NCBI GenBank assembly: GCA_963801605.1
Contig: CAWDFP010000007.1
Location: 320,001-384,000 of the forward strand
Source of the DNA: an uncultured candidate division Zixibacteria bacterium
GTDB taxonomy: Bacteria; Zixibacteria; MSB-5A5; UBA10806
DNA: 64,000 nucleotides
Reading direction: 5' to 3'
Shown here: positions 63,442-64,000 of the stretch, in pieces
Layout: every line of letters starts with the position of its first letter
How positions within the stretch are numbered: the first letter of the stretch is position 1
Translations under genes and position numbers: made by a program
The notes under the pieces: model-generated
What the model saw: only the letters and a program-made list of their open reading frames with translations
Databases searched by the model: none
What the model was told of the DNA's origin: nothing

Positions 63442-64000
63442 CTCAATAGACCCGCTAAAATTGACATAAGAATTAACGCTAATACAAAGACCAGTATCCC
63501 GGAGAGTTCATGCAGGAAACTTGCGGCCATTTTCGGGCTGATGGCATAAGCTCCGACTCCGGTAAATACCAAACGGAATATATTAACGACGATCGCGATC
63601 GGGATTGCCGACAGAAAGAGAATGATTGGCCTGATTCTGCCGGGCAATGTCAGATTGCCAAAAAGCGCACCAAGCGCCAGCAAGGTGGCCAGGCTTCGCA
63701 AGGCCGCTGCAAGCCTCGGTAACCTCCAACTGATAAGCCGGTAAAAGAATAATATTACCCTCGCGATTAGAGGGCACTCCGATATAATGCAAAACGACGT
63801 TGGTAATCTTGGTGGCAAAAAGCTGCATCGGCAGCGTAGCGGCATAGTAGATGGTGGCCGGAATCGGAATCATAAATAGCAGGAAGAAAAAGGCAAACCA
63901 GATCTTTTTGAAATTCGCGGCGCCGAGGTAATATAACGCGAGTCCGCTGAGACATACCACCAGCGAAAATCTGGTGGTAAAGAATTCGGTGGCGGCAGTT
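63420..64000 (-). CDS. Exosortase (EpsH), C-terminal part; frameshift near 63703; 5' end outside the window
   Basis: FMIPIP, REGNII, catalytic VTEACSGL continuing as RSL in the other frame, NIFR, FLHELSG; adjacent to EpsI. Confidence 0.88.

Overview
A 64 kb bacterial chromosomal segment with most genes on the minus strand. By inference it comes from an FCB-group, Zixibacteria-like lineage, because the window has dockerin-tailed secreted proteins, FlgD/T9SS-like C-terminal domains and paired PorV/PorQ-family barrels. Central metabolism: glutamate dehydrogenase with two PEP/pyruvate-binding (PPDK_N) proteins, a coupled accC-gcvH-gcvPA-DUF2007-Trx/TPR-gcvPB operon, a fused LysF-type homoaconitase, a homoisocitrate/isopropylmalate-family dehydrogenase, an NAPRTase-like enzyme, Ppx/GppA and uvrB. 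Surface and secretion: pilMNOPQ with prepilin-like genes, an ImcH-like heptaheme cytochrome, three dockerin-tailed proteins, several FlgD/T9SS-CTD proteins and exosortase with EpsI. RNA genes: tRNA-Leu(CAA) and tRNA-Ser(CGA). At least nine genes, several of them housekeeping, are split by frameshifts, most likely long-read assembly indels. The main leads are: (1) an intact RAYT/TnpA-REP-like gene lacking both HUH histidines, in a window with several GTAG-footed REP hairpin families; (2) two roughly 230-255 nt multibranch structured non-coding elements that I could not assign to an RNA family; (3) the GDH/PPDK_N-only module; (4) a dockerin-tagged, non-cellulolytic secreted protein set. All family assignments come from recognising motifs by eye; no searches were run.
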